Notes: a model not told the origin generated them from the sequence alone. Numbered from the whole stretch's first letter, positions 11,783-24,660 are shown. The stretch is DNA of 63,817 nt, filler included, from Vannella sp. (GCA_023345925.1; 6 parts of 6 records of this genome joined end to end with filler, not necessarily neighbours in it); one strand, 5' to 3'. Numbers and translations: made by a program.

Positions 11783-12880
11783 TTAAAGGTCACCATTGAG
11801 ATCTTGGAAGTACACGATGGAGTGTCTTTGCTTGCCATAGGGAAGGGCCACGCGATGAACGGTTGGAAGAAAGTCTGCGTTATCCGCCATTGTGTGCATC
11901 CGCTTTCCTTTGAGTCATCTGATCAGATAACGAACATCATATGGGACTAATGCATGTCCTACTCACCAACAATAATGAACGCTTCCTTCATAGGTTCACA
12001 AACAGTCTCTGGCATCCACCAAGTCCCAGTTTTACTTCCCTCACATCAGCAATGGCTCACACTAGAACGCTTCTGTCCTACCGGTCTTGGATCTGCAGGG
12101 CTGGTACGGTACTGCACATGATAAAGGACAGAAATCCGGCGTCCTCGTGTGTCGCGCAGTGGTAGAATCCAGACTCTGGCTCACCCTCTGGTCTTGGGAC
12201 TACCTGATAGTCGAACATGGTCAAGAATGACCCTTTCTGGAAGAAGGAAGAGACCACATCCTCCGTCGACTTCGGATGGGCCGGCTGTTTGGAGCCAGGA
12301 CGGGGAGACTGGGCTGCTAGATGGTAGAAACCGCCCATTATGGTGTCCAGTGCTTCACAGAGGCTCTTAAATGACTGCTGGAGCTCCTCAGGGACTCGCT
12401 GCGTCGGATCGTCCAGGCACAGCTTCAAAAGCTCCTTTCCATCGAGCGGGAGGAAGCCTTTGAAGACTCTTCGATTCTACTGGCGACTTAGACTCGCTCG
12501 GAGTGATCACTGAGGGTACCTCAGTAGCAGAAGGATCGTCTCCTTCGTCCACATTGAGAGAACGGCCTTTGAAGTTGCGCTTGTGCTCCATAGACTTGGC
12601 AAAGAACACCTTGGGAGAGGGGTTACACAGGACAGAGTGGGAGAGCTCTTTGTAACCTGGCAATCATCCCAGTAGGTCTTGAGAAGGACCTGAAGCTCTT
12701 CCGACAAGGTCAACACAGCGAACCCTTCCACTCTCAGCCATTCCAAGAACAGAGCTTGCTTTCCTCCTTTCTGAAAACCTATGTGAGTCTCACTACAACC
12801 CTCTACACACGGCTTACTCCCAAAACATCTCCCACAGAGAACCTCGGAATCTCCGCCTCTCCCAAAGCACAAGTGCGCAT
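11783..12880 (-). CDS. 2OG-Fe(II) oxygenase (IPNS/DIOX-like), multi-exon
   Basis: N-terminal IPRFSV...EGFAVL, HEDAGFLS (HxD), TVHRV (distal His), RHSIVYF (RxS), then TAA at 11783. Confidence 0.75.
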
Positions 12881-13173
12881 CAAGAAATGAGAGTTGCACA
12901 CAGACAATCAGCAGGACTGTACTGTCGGATTATCCAAAACAGCAGTTTTACCTGAAAGAGCAAACTTCGTCTTTTCCGCCTTTTTGATTGAAATCTTTTG
13001 ATTTTTTGGTCGAAGATGAAGAATTAAGAGTTAATTAAATAAAAAAGTGTTGTTCAAAGGAGAAGGCTCAAAGATGCAATGTTAGAGAGCTCCATAGGTC
13101 CCAATTTGGTCAAAGAGGCATCGGTTGATCCCTAATCGGGTTGTCAATCGGCCGCTCGAAAGATCACTTTGCC

Positions 13174-16100
13174 ATGCCTGCCACTGGCTGCCAGTGGTTG
13201 CTTTTGCTTGTTTCTTTGGTGTCGGTCGTTGCATTATGCCCCAGTACGGTGCAGACGATCGGGGCTGGGAGGTTCTCTGGTACTACTGCAGGGATACCTT
13301 CTACCCAGACCACGAACTCTCTTGGTTTCGGTCGTTGCTTGTCGGGTTCTTACGGTTCTACGCCAGCGGTATTCTTCTTGTATGTGCCCGTTCATAGCGC
13401 ATTGATCAGTCGTGTCTCCCTTTGCAATCAGACAAACCCTTTGGGGAACGTTTCGTTGGACATCTTCGCGACCTCGTCTTGCAGCTCCGTGACTTGCCCT
13501 TCGAGAACCACTCCCTATTGTAACAGTAGCCTTCCCATAAGAGATCTTAATCCTCTCGCTTTGGGTATCCAGTACCCCAACTACTTGGTAGCAGTGCAAG
13601 AAACCGGCTTCGGACCCATTAACTTCACCTTGAGAGTACAAGAGGCTCCTTTGTGCGACTCTATCCCTACCTTAGAGACCTCTTTCAATGGAAATGTACA
13701 GCCTGGGATATCCTTTGCTCTCAGCGACTACGGACTACCAAACTGCTTCCCAGGAATGGATCACGTTCTCCAGTTGTTCCGCTTCCGTCCTTTTGGCAAT
13801 CATATGGAACTCCTTGTCTCGTTGATCTACGAATTCCCAGCTCTTGTTGTCATCTATCGTGACGGTTGCAGCCACCCCTCTTGCTCTGATTTCGTTTTTC
13901 GCTTTGATAACATCACTCAGAGCTCAACTCCGCTAAGAATTCCCCGCGAAACCTTCACTGCAGGAGAACATCTGTTGATTGCCATTTTGACCAGTCCTCC
14001 TACAATGATTAGCAACCAAACTTACCCCCTCAGAGTTTCCATTCAAGAAATCATTCCGTTTAGTACCAATCTTGCATGCGAGGACGCCTTGGAGGTTACT
14101 GTTGGACTGCACTATCTTGAGGGAGCTTCAGGTTGTGATTGTCTCTCTCCCATCGACCACTCCAAGTCTTTGCCTTGTTCAGTATTCCCTCGTTTGGTTT
14201 ACTTCTTTAAGCATACCATTGAAGGGCCTACTCGATTCTCATCCTGTCTACATGAGATTTTTCACTCTGGCGATCGTAACTATGGAGCAAGCCTTTCGGT
14301 TTACACTGGAGATTGTGATGCTCTGCAGTGCTCCTTTAGTTTCGAGAGGCAGAGCTGCTATTTGGGAGGCGACTATATCGATGTTGACTCTTTAGCTCCT
14401 GGAACTATGGTGACTATTGCATTGTACAGCACTATCTCGAGCTCTGAAAACTATGTCTTCTCTTTAAATGTTGGCCCAATCCCTACCCTGAATGATCAAT
14501 GCTCGAGACCTGTGGAAGTTTTTAGCAACACTCCCATCCTAGGAGATTTGCGCCTTGTTCAAGGAGCATATGATGCCTACCCCACCCTGTGGTATCGGTT
14601 CACCTCTACCCTTCCTTCAAGCACAGTCTCTGTGACTCTCTGCCATAACTCCCTTTACAAACCAATGGTCAACATTGCTCCTTACAGGTGCGGTGTTCAA
14701 CATAGAATCTTCCCTGCAGGATGTTGGGATAGCTCCAACGACGAAGAGTTTTCACCTTCCACTGGAACCGAATTTCTCATCTTCGTCTTTCAACCTAATC
14801 CTTTAAGAGGTCGGTTTGAGTTGCTGGTGGAGGAGAGAGCTATTCCTACTTCATCAATCTGCAATGATGCGATCCCGATAACAGCAAATACCAGACTTCT
14901 GCAGCCTAGTCTAGGGGAATATTTCCCTTCTAGTCTTCCTGTTTGTCTTTCAGATGATTCTGTGCCCTCTTCTGGATTGGGCGACTTGACCAGTTTATTT
15001 CAATTTACTACAGATAGTAGTAGTGATCATGCTGTCGTAAGCGCTTGCACTGCTAGCTATAGCGTTGGTGTATCTCCTCGAGTTGCTGTCTATACTGGTG
15101 ACTGCGATGCACTCGTATGCTTCACTAACACAGCTTCATGCATGGTTTTGATTGAAGGACTCCCTCCTCTAACCACTGTACATATTGTGGTACTCACGGA
15201 TGGGATCGTTGAGCTGGCAATTTCTGAACATGTGCCTGCGGTGCCCCTCACTTGCCAAGATGCGATCATACTTGCAAATGGAATTCCAGAGAGTGGAAAC
15301 ACCGCAAATGCACCTAACAATACGGATCCTAACTTTCTAACATCCCAAAAAATTGTGGTGTTTCGGTACACCATGGAAGGAACGGCCAGTGGGATTCACG
15401 TCACGACATGCGGATCTCCTATTCCTGTGGATATCCAAGAATACACGGGATCCTGCGGTTCCCTCGCTCCTGGACTTTCATCCTTCCAAACTAACTTCGC
15501 AACCTGCTCTAATGGAGGAATTGATCTGTCGACCACCTTTTCCGGTACAGTTGTGGATCTCCCTAAAGGGAAGAACATCTTCTTTGTTGTCAGTGCAATT
15601 GCTCAGGAAGGACCTTTCATGATCCAAGTGAGTGAATTTACACTTAGCTATCAGTATGAGGGCGTGGAAAAGGATATATTTCCTTGCGAGAACGCCACAG
15701 AGATCCGAGCTGGACAAGTTAAGCAAGGATTCCCTCTCGGAATCAATGTGCTGGCCAATTTGCCAAACGTCAGCCGTTGTGGACTACTTCCTGACTATCC
15801 CATTCAATTCTTTACATTTTCAGTCACCAATCCAAAAGCTAGACTAGAGATAAGCACCTGCGACGGAACTTTAAAATCAACATCATTAAGTTTGTCATCA
15901 GGTTCTTGTGGTGCTCTTCAATGTTTGTTTGCAAACTGTGGAGGATGTGGATGCTTGCAAGCAGAACTAACCTACAATCTCAATAACGCATACGCGGTCA
16001 ACACTACCCTCTTTATTGGGGTGCAATCCCATTACTCAGTTGGAAGTCCGAAACGGCGGGGTCCATTTACTTTGCGAGTCAATGAATTGCCAGGCTTTGG

Positions 16101-16967
16101 ATCTTCTTGCGCAACTCCAAACGCCTTAGAAATAGGCAAAATTACCAGGGCGACAACTTCTGGTAACTTTTCCGGAACCTTGGCCAGTTTCCCGCCCTGT
16201 GGCAACTTCAATTCTAGCAAGCACGCCGAGTTCTTTGAAAGTACCATCTCAGGGAACACTACGTACACAATTAACACTTGCGGACCAAATACTAATGGCA
16301 ATGCGACCATACTTGTATACGACTCCTCTTTTGGCTGCAATAGCCTTTCCTGTTTAACAACAGGGTTCACTGACTGCTCTAGTCCATTAAGAATTCTGAC
16401 TCCCCTTGGGTCAACAAAGTTGTTGATGGCTATAACGCAGCTGAACGAAAGAAGGGTTGACGTTGATGATGATGATGATGATTTGTTTTGTGACAACCCC
16501 AAAACGGCCGAGGATGTTAACTTCCAGATACTCATCAATCCAGCAGGAGATCGACTGAGGGAAAGTGTCTGCGAAAATGCCACGGAAGTATTTACAAACT
16601 CAACTGTGAGTGGAACAACCCTCGGAATTTACACATTGGCATCGGAACTTCCCCTTTGCGGATATCCTTACCGTTCTCCTGTGACATTCTTCAAATTATT
16701 GGTGCCCCAGGACACATTGTCGGTCACGTTTAGCACATGCGGCACCAGTGGATTAGACACCTACTTGGCACTTTATGAAGGATTTTGCGGAAATTGCATC
16801 CAGGAAAGAGATGATTCACTTGGATGTGGGACAGCGGCCAGTTTATACTTTCGGGCTGATTTGTATCCCTCTGCAGTGACTGTTCTGACGTTAGCCGTTT
16901 ATGGATTCGAGAACGCAGCCGGACCATTTCAACTTACAACTTCTGTGTCACTGAGAGGTGAAAATAC
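13174..16967 (+). CDS. Large secreted/surface Cys-rich repeat protein, intronless, 3' truncated
   Basis: More than 1260 codons open. Signal peptide MPATGCQWLLLLVSLVSVVALC. Recurring ~130-aa modules (C..A..I ... STCG ... VYxGxCxxLxC ... GxFxLxVxE). Confidence 0.85.
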
Positions 16968-17067
16968 NNNNNNNNNNNNNNNNNNNNNNNNNNNNNNNNN
17001 NNNNNNNNNNNTTAATTAATTAANNNNNNNNNNNNNNNNNNNNNNNNNNNNNNNNNNNNNNNNNNNN
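16968..17067. other. Artificial contig-join spacer
   Basis: N-run + TTAATTAATTAA (stops in all six frames) + N-run, 100 nt. Confidence 0.99.
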
Positions 17068-17217
17068 GCTAGAAGTTGTGGTCCTTAGGGTTTAGGGTTT
17101 AGGGGATATCGTGGTGGAAGGCTCTCTGCAGTGTTTGTGGGTTTGAGCGCGTACAGCTTTGTCAAAGGACATGTTCAGAGCGGGAACACCATTCTTTGGA
17201 CCTGATTCTGGGGGTGG

Positions 17218-20200
17218 ATGGTGTGGACGGTCGAACGGCGACCGGAGGACGCCAAAGGGGGGAATAGGGCGCATCCCGTCGCTACTGAAGAGCAGGTGTG
17301 GATTGATTTGGAGTACAACGACTTCTTCATGCTCCAGCAGAAGCTACGGGACCTCTCTAGCGAGCAGAAGGGGAGCGGGGGTTCAACAACGGCATCGTTT
17401 CCTACGCACCACTGCTTGATCGCTGAGAGCCTGCGCTTCCAGGTAGAGATCCTTCCTCGCACAAGGGAGGAAGAGGAGGCGATCTGCTTCCGCATCGTTA
17501 GCTCTCGTTACCTAACACCGGACGCCTTTCACCTTATTCTAGCCATCTCCAACGACCTAACCACCATTCAACAGCACTGGAACGTACTTCAACAGCATGT
17601 GGTTCCGTGCTTCACCAGTGCAGGCCTCGATCCCACTCGTCCAACCCTGGACTTTCTGTCCAACGATTGGTTGTCCTTCTTGCTCCTTCATGTGGGCTTC
17701 CTATCCCAAGAGCACAGGCCCAAAGAAGATTCACTGCGCCAGGAATCTTCCTTACCTTCAAATGCACTCCCAATGCTGGGCCAAGGCTCTAATCACAGGA
17801 AGTCTGTTACAGGATCATCGCCTGTGGGTGCTTGCAAGCCCCCTTCTCGTAAGAATAGCATGATAAGTGATGTGAAAGAGAGCAACCTTCCTTCAAACCC
17901 TCTTGCAGAGCACACGCCGCCCTCTCGTCGCCTCCAACGATCTTCCAGTCAACAGATGAAGAGAGGGGTGCATCCGCCTGGCCTTCACCACCCTTCTCCG
18001 TCTTCGGCATCAAATATGCCAAAGGATGGCGACGAGGAGAGCTCTGAAGAGAATCAAATGAGCCCTTTGGACGATGGATTGTGTACAACCCAGGAGCTCA
18101 AGCTCCCCAGCAAGTCAAACCAACGCCTCAAGAAGAAGATTACAAAGTCTGATGCAAACAGACACCCTCTGCTGAGGATTCCAGCAGCAAAAGAGCCACT
18201 TCCCGAGAGTGACTTGGAAGGGGCTCCACTTTCTGATAGAAGGGCAGATGAAGCTGCCTTCACGCCCTTATTGGAGCTCAACGATAGCGAAGTTCATAAG
18301 AATGAGGTCATTGCATGTATGGAAGCTCTCTATCTCCCCAAGGAAGAGAAACTCCTTGAAGCCCGATCTTGCTTCCTCGTCTATATTGACGAAAACATGC
18401 GCCGTAAGCTAGTTGTAGGAGTCCTTCTACTCACCAAAGAGCATTTCTGCTTCTATTCAAAGAAGGGAGTGTGTCTGGTTATCTCCCTGGCGGCAGTGGA
18501 GAGAGTTCATAGGAATCCTCACGAGCAGTACGCCAACAGCCTTTCTGTGATTAACGAGGCTCAGCAAGAGTTCCTCTTTGCCGGGGTGGGAAATGCGCGG
18601 TCACTAACAAACACTTGGAGTAAATTGATTCAACGCCGGAGCAAGACACTCCGTTCTTTTCTTTTCCAGTGCTCCGCGTCGCTTCGCCCTTCTCCTCAAG
18701 AATCTCCTGCACAGCGCAAATTTACGCGCCTCTTCTCTCGAAAGCCAGTGCCTTCTGGCCTTGTACCAAGCTCACCGCGACAGGAAGAGCGGAGAGGCTC
18801 GCGCTCTCCTCTCTTCTCACTTGTTTATCCCATTCCAATACCGAGAGGTTCGCCTCAGAGCCCAGAAAGCTGTTCCTGTGTGTTACTAGCCCCTCCTATC
18901 TTCCAAATCTGCATGAGAGGCACTCTAATGGTCAGAGAGAAGTTTTGTTTGTTCATTGCCTCTTCCCAATTGGTCGTCCTGCGGGCATCTTACGACCAGA
19001 TTGTCCATATTGAGACAGGTAATCACTCAGACAGTGCGTCTACGGAGATTTTAGTGAATATGTTCCGTTTAACCTTTCCATTGGTCTTTCAAGAGGTTCC
19101 AGGAGTGACCGCTACTCGATTAGTGAAGCAATGGAGTCACTGCAAGAAGAGAATTGAAACGCAACGGGCATTTGTTTTCCATCATTATGAAGCAGCAGAC
19201 GATATTCGCCGGTTGAAACAGGCTGGCTTGGAGAAGGTACTTCCCTCTCCCTCAGAGTATTCACTTTCTCTCTGGCACAATTACTTCCGGTGCCACAATA
19301 AGCTCTCCTTTCGAACAGACGTATTAAGGAGGCTTGTTTTTGCTGGAATTCCGAACGCAATTCGAGGTCAAATGTGGTGTGAAATGGCTGGCGTTCCGGA
19401 GAAAAGCTCGGAACCACATGAGGTTAGCTATGGGTGCATGCACCAGCTCTATAGAAAGAGGAAATCCCCCGCTACTTCAGATATCAAGAGAGACATCCGC
19501 CGGAGTCTTCCAGAACAGCCTTTTTTCCAAAGCTCAGCCGGTCGACGCTCTCTCAAGAACGTCCTTTGCGCTTATTCCTTTCGAAATGAGGCGATTGGCT
19601 ATTGCCAATCCATGAATCTGGTGACTGCTATGATACTCCTGTTCACAACAGAGGAAAGTGCCTTTGTTCTCTTGTCGATTATCTGTGGTGAGAAGAGGGT
19701 TTGGGCTTGGTAGAGGGAATATCTAACCCATTCTTGTAGAGAACCTCCTTCCCAATTACTACATTCCCTCCATGGAAGGGTCGCTTACTGACCAACAAAT
19801 CCTCCGGAGTTTAATGACTGAGTATCTTCCCCTTGTGGATGAGCACTGTAAGGAGTTAGATGCACCTATTGCCGTCTTAACGCTCCCCTGGTTCCTGTGC
19901 CTCTTCGTTCATTGCTTGCCAATGGGCGCAACTTTGCGTGTGCTTGACATCTTCTTTGCGTGCGGGCGAAAAGTACTATTCTGGGTCGCACTCTCCATCT
20001 TCTGGCTGTACGAAAAAGATATCTTGAATTGTACTGAGAGCATGGAAGTCGTATTCCTGCTCAAGGAGAAGCTGGAAGTCCAGTCTGCTGACCAACTTAT
20101 CGAGACTACTTTCCGCTTCTCAGCAGTCACAGGAGACAAAGTGGAGCAGTTATGGGCGGAGCATTATCCCAAAGTCTTGAAAGAGTTGAATTTATCAACG

Positions 20201-20533
20201 AGAGAAGGAGAGCCAGTTCCCCCATTAGATCGACAAGAAAGTGAGGACATAACTGACCACCAAGATGCTCCAGTGGAGGGTCTCGGTGCCACTGGTTCGG
20301 TAATTCCTTCACAAAAGCGATTCCCAATGATGAATGCTTACCCGCAACCTTCATTCCATCTTCATGGATCCAATCAGGAGCTACGGCAGGTTCTACAACT
20401 AGCTAGGCAAAGTCCAGAAGTGTCCCACACGACCGCCAGTCTTATTCATTTACTGCGCGAAGGATTTACTGGTCAAATCCTTGAACAGAATACCCCAACC
20501 GCCCATCCAGACCCCCCAAGAGGGCCAGTCTGA
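17218..20533 (+). CDS. Rab-GAP TBC domain protein with GRAM/PH-like domains (TBC1D8/9-like)
   Basis: GRAM-like GVLLLTKEHFCFYS. TBC motifs GIPNAIRGQMW, IKRDIRRS (IxxDxxR), GYCQSMN (YxQ), WFLCLF. Intron about 19699-19739. Confidence 0.85.
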
Positions 20534-20638
20534 TCACTTCATCCCCGGCAGTAGTGCGTTGGCGTTGTCATCCACTTCATGTGAGACCCCATTTCGATAA
20601 TATTTGTTTTGATCCCTTTAAAGTTGTACTGTTGAATG

Positions 20639-22037
20639 TTAACATGCCGTGGAGCTAGCTGGAGGGCTTAAGAGGGCTTCGTTACGTTGGTTAGCCTCGG
20701 CAAAGATGCGTTCGTAAACTCGAGACCACGACTGATCGTCCTCGTCTTTTTGGTTCACTTCCTCACACTTTGACACTTCTATTTGCACACAAAAACTCTC
20801 ATCCACTTGCACGCCTCTGGATGAGCCACCCACACCCGTCAGACCACTGCCTCTCTCCGTCTTTGCGTCCCTCGAAAGGACAGACAACTTACTTTTTCTG
20901 TTTGATACCGTCTAGATCTCCCAAAGGGAGACGAATGAGGTCCTGGCTTAGAAATGCGGTGTGGAAGGAACATCGGAACATGAGAGTTCTCTTTGTGGCT
21001 TCCACGTGAGTGCAGGCAATCATAAAGTCTCCTCGTAAGAGAGCGTGGACGTTCCATTCTCGATGGGGGGCCTCAGAAGGCTGGTTATTCCTGCACCAGA
21101 GTGTTAATTGTCGTCGACATCCGTCTACGGACTCACTGCAAGGTGATATCCTCTTCCCATGCGCTGGAGTAGACCATCTCTGCAGGGTACACACTCGTAT
21201 TAAACACCTGAAGACAGGGCGAGCAGCCGCGCTTCTTCTTGTTGTAAATGGGAATAGGAGAGATGGAGATCTTGACTAGCTGTACCGTTGGTGCAACAGG
21301 ACGCACAGCACTCTGTAGTACCTGATTGAAGTACATAACGTACCGCCTCTGAGAAGGTTGCTTCACCCCGTTCTCAATCTTCGACCTCTTCTGTGCGAAG
21401 AACTCCAGGGCCTCTAGAGGGTCCTTGAATAGGCCACAGAAGAACAGATAACAGGATATGACGGTGCCTGTCCGCCCCTTTCCCCCCTACAAAGAGTGAG
21501 AGGCGAACAAAGCGGATTGCGATGACTCCTACGATGCAGTGGACAATAGCGACGTTGAGGGGGTCCGCTTTGATCCAGTTATGCATTGTGAGGACTATCT
21601 TGAACAGCATGTCCAGTGGGGGCGAGTGATGGTCAGGAAAGCCGAACTCCTGAACCTATGATTGGCGCCCCTCTGTCAAACCCCCTCCTTCCGATACCAA
21701 GAGCGAGTCGTACGTTATCATCGAACTTCTGGTAGTCGTACTCCGTGTCGCTGAGGTTCCAGATCATGTAATGGCCGTTGTGGTACCGCCGTAACATGGC
21801 GGACACATCGTTGATGTCGTTGCGCCATGCACTCTCTAGTCCCCTTGCAGGAATAGCCATAGCTACACTCACACATAGTCAACCACCAGTGAACGGCAAC
21901 CAAGGAGAGAGAGGAGGCTGGAAGGAGGCCAAACACTCACCAATGATTTGTGGTGTAATGTAGGACAGATCGAGGTCGAACTCTCCATCATTGAACCGAT
22001 GGCGATCTTTGGAACACATCTTCCTCAGGGCCAACAT
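20639..22037 (-). CDS. PTEN/tensin-type phosphatase with C2 domain, multi-exon
   Basis: MLALRKMCSKDRHRFNDGEFDLDLSYITPQII, AMAIPA, WRNDINDV, WNLS, FPDHHSPP, spliced P-loop VHCI|GGKGRTG, PSQRRYV, C2 LQGDI...MFRCSFHTAF. Confidence 0.88.
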
Positions 22038-22097
22038 CTGTCGCTCTGGTTGCTTCAGAAATGGAGGTCCACTCCCAAAATACGGTACCTTGTCAGG

Positions 22098-22137
22098 GAA
22101 AAAGAAAAAAAAGAAAAAAAAAGAAAAAGAAAAAGAA
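22098..22137 (+). repeat. Poly-purine (A-rich) tract in the divergent PTEN-like/DnaJ intergenic region
   Basis: GAAAAAGAAAAAAAAGAAAAAAAAAGAAAAAGAAAAAGAA seen directly. Confidence 0.7.
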
Positions 22138-22233
22138 TTTATTCGGATGAAACATTGAGGAGTAGAGTCATTTTGAAAGGTCGGATCAATTCCTGGTTCA
22201 TTTAATATTGGCAAGGTGGGGTGGTTGACAGGA

Positions 22234-23296
22234 ATGGACGACACCACTTCAGGAGAGGAGACTCCCGCCTTCTCTCCTCCGGCAACAGAGGGGCCTAGTC
22301 GGTGGGAGTTATATGAGATACTTGGAATTGACACCAAGAATGTGTCCTTGGACGAGCTGCGGCTGAAACGGAAGAAGCTCGCCCTTCGTTATCATCCTGA
22401 TCGCAACCAGGGAGACGACACAGCACAAGTACTCAACTTCACTTGCCAAAGCTCCTTCTAACAGTATGCATAGCAGAAAATGCAAGAGGTGAACCGCGCC
22501 TTTGAGGTACTCTCTGATCCATTGAAGAAGAGGCTTTACGATCGCTTCGGAGTGGAAGCCATCACCCTCTACGAGAACAAGACTATCGGTGAAGACCTAT
22601 GGAAGTTCATCTTCTTCATCACACGGCCCCACTTCACAGTGTTCGTGGGTGCACTCTGCCTCTTGGTGTTCGCCATGATCATTTTCTCTCCTATCTTGGT
22701 GGGATGGCGGCTTGAGGGTCAAATTACAGTCACATGGTTTGTGACACTCCTTCCTGTCTTTGTCCTTCTCACCTTGCTCTTCGCTATTGTCCTCGTGGCG
22801 ATCCTTATCGAGTTGCACTTCCGAGAAGAGGAGTCTGCGACCAACCCTAACCAGGATGCCTTCCTACAGGAGGATCAAAAGAAGAAGATCACACCAAGGC
22901 AGGTTATTATGGCACTGATCAAGCTTGGAGTGGTCTCCCTTATGATCCTCTTCGTCGCTCTGCTTTCCTTCCAGCTTGATGGCACTACTACGTGGAGCTG
23001 GTGGCTAGTATTCTCTCCCCTTGTCATCCTGGAGTGTCTATATGTGTTCTTAGGGGTGCCCTATGTCTCATTCAAGTCCTATCAGACCCGCCAAACAGGG
23101 GAAGACCCCTTTGTCAACTTCTATTGCGGCTTGTTCTACCTTGGCTTTGTTCTTCGCAGCTACTACACCGAAGGACTCCTCCTATGCTTCACTCTTCTAG
23201 TGGCCTTCAACCTGGAGTACGCCACCTCCCCTTCTGGCGAAGGTTCGTGGAGACTCCCGCCTTGGCTCCCTCTTGTCTCACCAAAGGGCAGTGTTT
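22234..23296 (+). CDS. J-domain (DnaJ) protein with multiple TM segments, 3' truncated
   Basis: LYEILG...KLALRYHPDRN (HPD), QEVNRAFEVLSDPLKKRLYDRFG, then hydrophobic helices with LEGQITVTWFVTLLP and LDGTTTWSWWLVFSPL. Confidence 0.85.
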
Positions 23297-23396
23297 NNNN
23301 NNNNNNNNNNNNNNNNNNNNNNNNNNNNNNNNNNNNNNNNTTAATTAATTAANNNNNNNNNNNNNNNNNNNNNNNNNNNNNNNNNNNNNNNNNNNN
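23297..23396. other. Artificial contig-join spacer
   Basis: N-TTAATTAATTAA-N. Confidence 0.99.
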
Positions 23397-24600
23397 GCCA
23401 GGTGAGCTAACCCATCGGCGCCTGTTAAATGATCAGACCTACTCCAAGTACTCTGACCTTGCGCTGAACTTGGGAGCTGCATCCAACGCGGAGCTATTGA
23501 CCTACAAAGCCATTGCAGAAATTCGGTTCCCAGGACTCTTGAACATCGATGAGAGTCTTGTGAAGAAGAAGAAAGAGAAGAATATGGCCCACGGGATTGC
23601 TGACCGAGTGCGTTTCAATGACAACATCTTCACTCCAGAGTTGTTCCAGTATGCCTTGGACTACATGTACACAGGCAAGCTGGATTTCCTAGAGTTGGAC
23701 GACGAGAAAGTTATCCGGATTTATGCCATGGCCAAGCAGTTGCGTTATGACGCGCTTGGAAAATACTGCAGGGCTCATCTAGAGAGCAACCTTGGATTAC
23801 ATAATGTATTCCTGACGCTCAAGTTCACTTCAGAGCAGAAACAAGACGATTTGAAGGACTTTGCCATTAACTTCTGCTTGAACAACTGGCAAACGATATC
23901 TGCCAGTAAGGAGGGGCTTGGGATCATTGGGTTGTCTCTTTTCCAAGAGATAACTGTCGCTAAGGCTGGTAACCCTGAAACGCCACCGCTTCTGACTCCC
24001 ACAGAGTTCCCGCCAAACACTCTGATTGAAGATTTCCAGAGGATTCGCTCTTTGATGCACTTTGCTGATGCTGTTTCGGTGTTCGGGAATGTTATCGTGC
24101 CGTACCATCGTTGTATACTTGCAGCAGCCTCTCCCAAGTTCCACACGGTGTTTGCAAAGGAAGCGGGTTCTTCCAAGAAGACACTCCCTCGCTATTCATT
24201 TGATACTATCTCTGGGGGTGCATTTAAGGGTCTGATTGACCTTATCTACAGTGGCACCACTAACATCAGTTTGAATGAAGCTTGCGAGCTTCTGGAGAAC
24301 ATGGCTGTGCAGTTTGAGCTTGAGACTGTCCGGCAGGACTGCGAGGCGATCATCTGCCAGCCCCAAAAGATTGACGACGGCAACGTGATGAACGTTCTGC
24401 GAGTAACTTATCTTAAGTTCAATGAGGGTCGCGCTAATCTGACCGTTGTTGTTCGCGGTCACTGTCTGGCCTACATTTGCGCCCATTTCCGCGACGTGGA
24501 CATGAGCTTGCTCAAGAAGTTTGACGCTAGCACTGCCTGGGAGATCTTACAGATGCTCCATGAGCGCTTCAACAAGCACAGTCTGGTTGGATTGGACTGA
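23397..24600 (+). CDS. Tandem BTB/POZ domain protein, 5' truncated
   Basis: Two BTB signatures: YSDLAL...FQYALDYMYTG and FADA...HRCILAAASPKF...FKGLIDLIYSG, each followed by BACK-like helices. Confidence 0.8.
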
Positions 24601-24660
24601 AGAGATCTTACTAAACCCTGAACCCTAAAGTTGGAAGATAAGTCACTAATGATAATCAGT

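Noticed and set aside
16968..17067. Recurring TTAATTAATTAA motif flanked by Ns (five times)
   Set aside because: Artificial six-frame-stop linker joining contigs. It is not biological, and gene adjacency across it is meaningless.
17068..17104. A true telomere at the contig start
   Set aside because: Only about 3 units, 17 bp inside the contig, and in G-strand orientation pointing inward, which is wrong for a left chromosome end.
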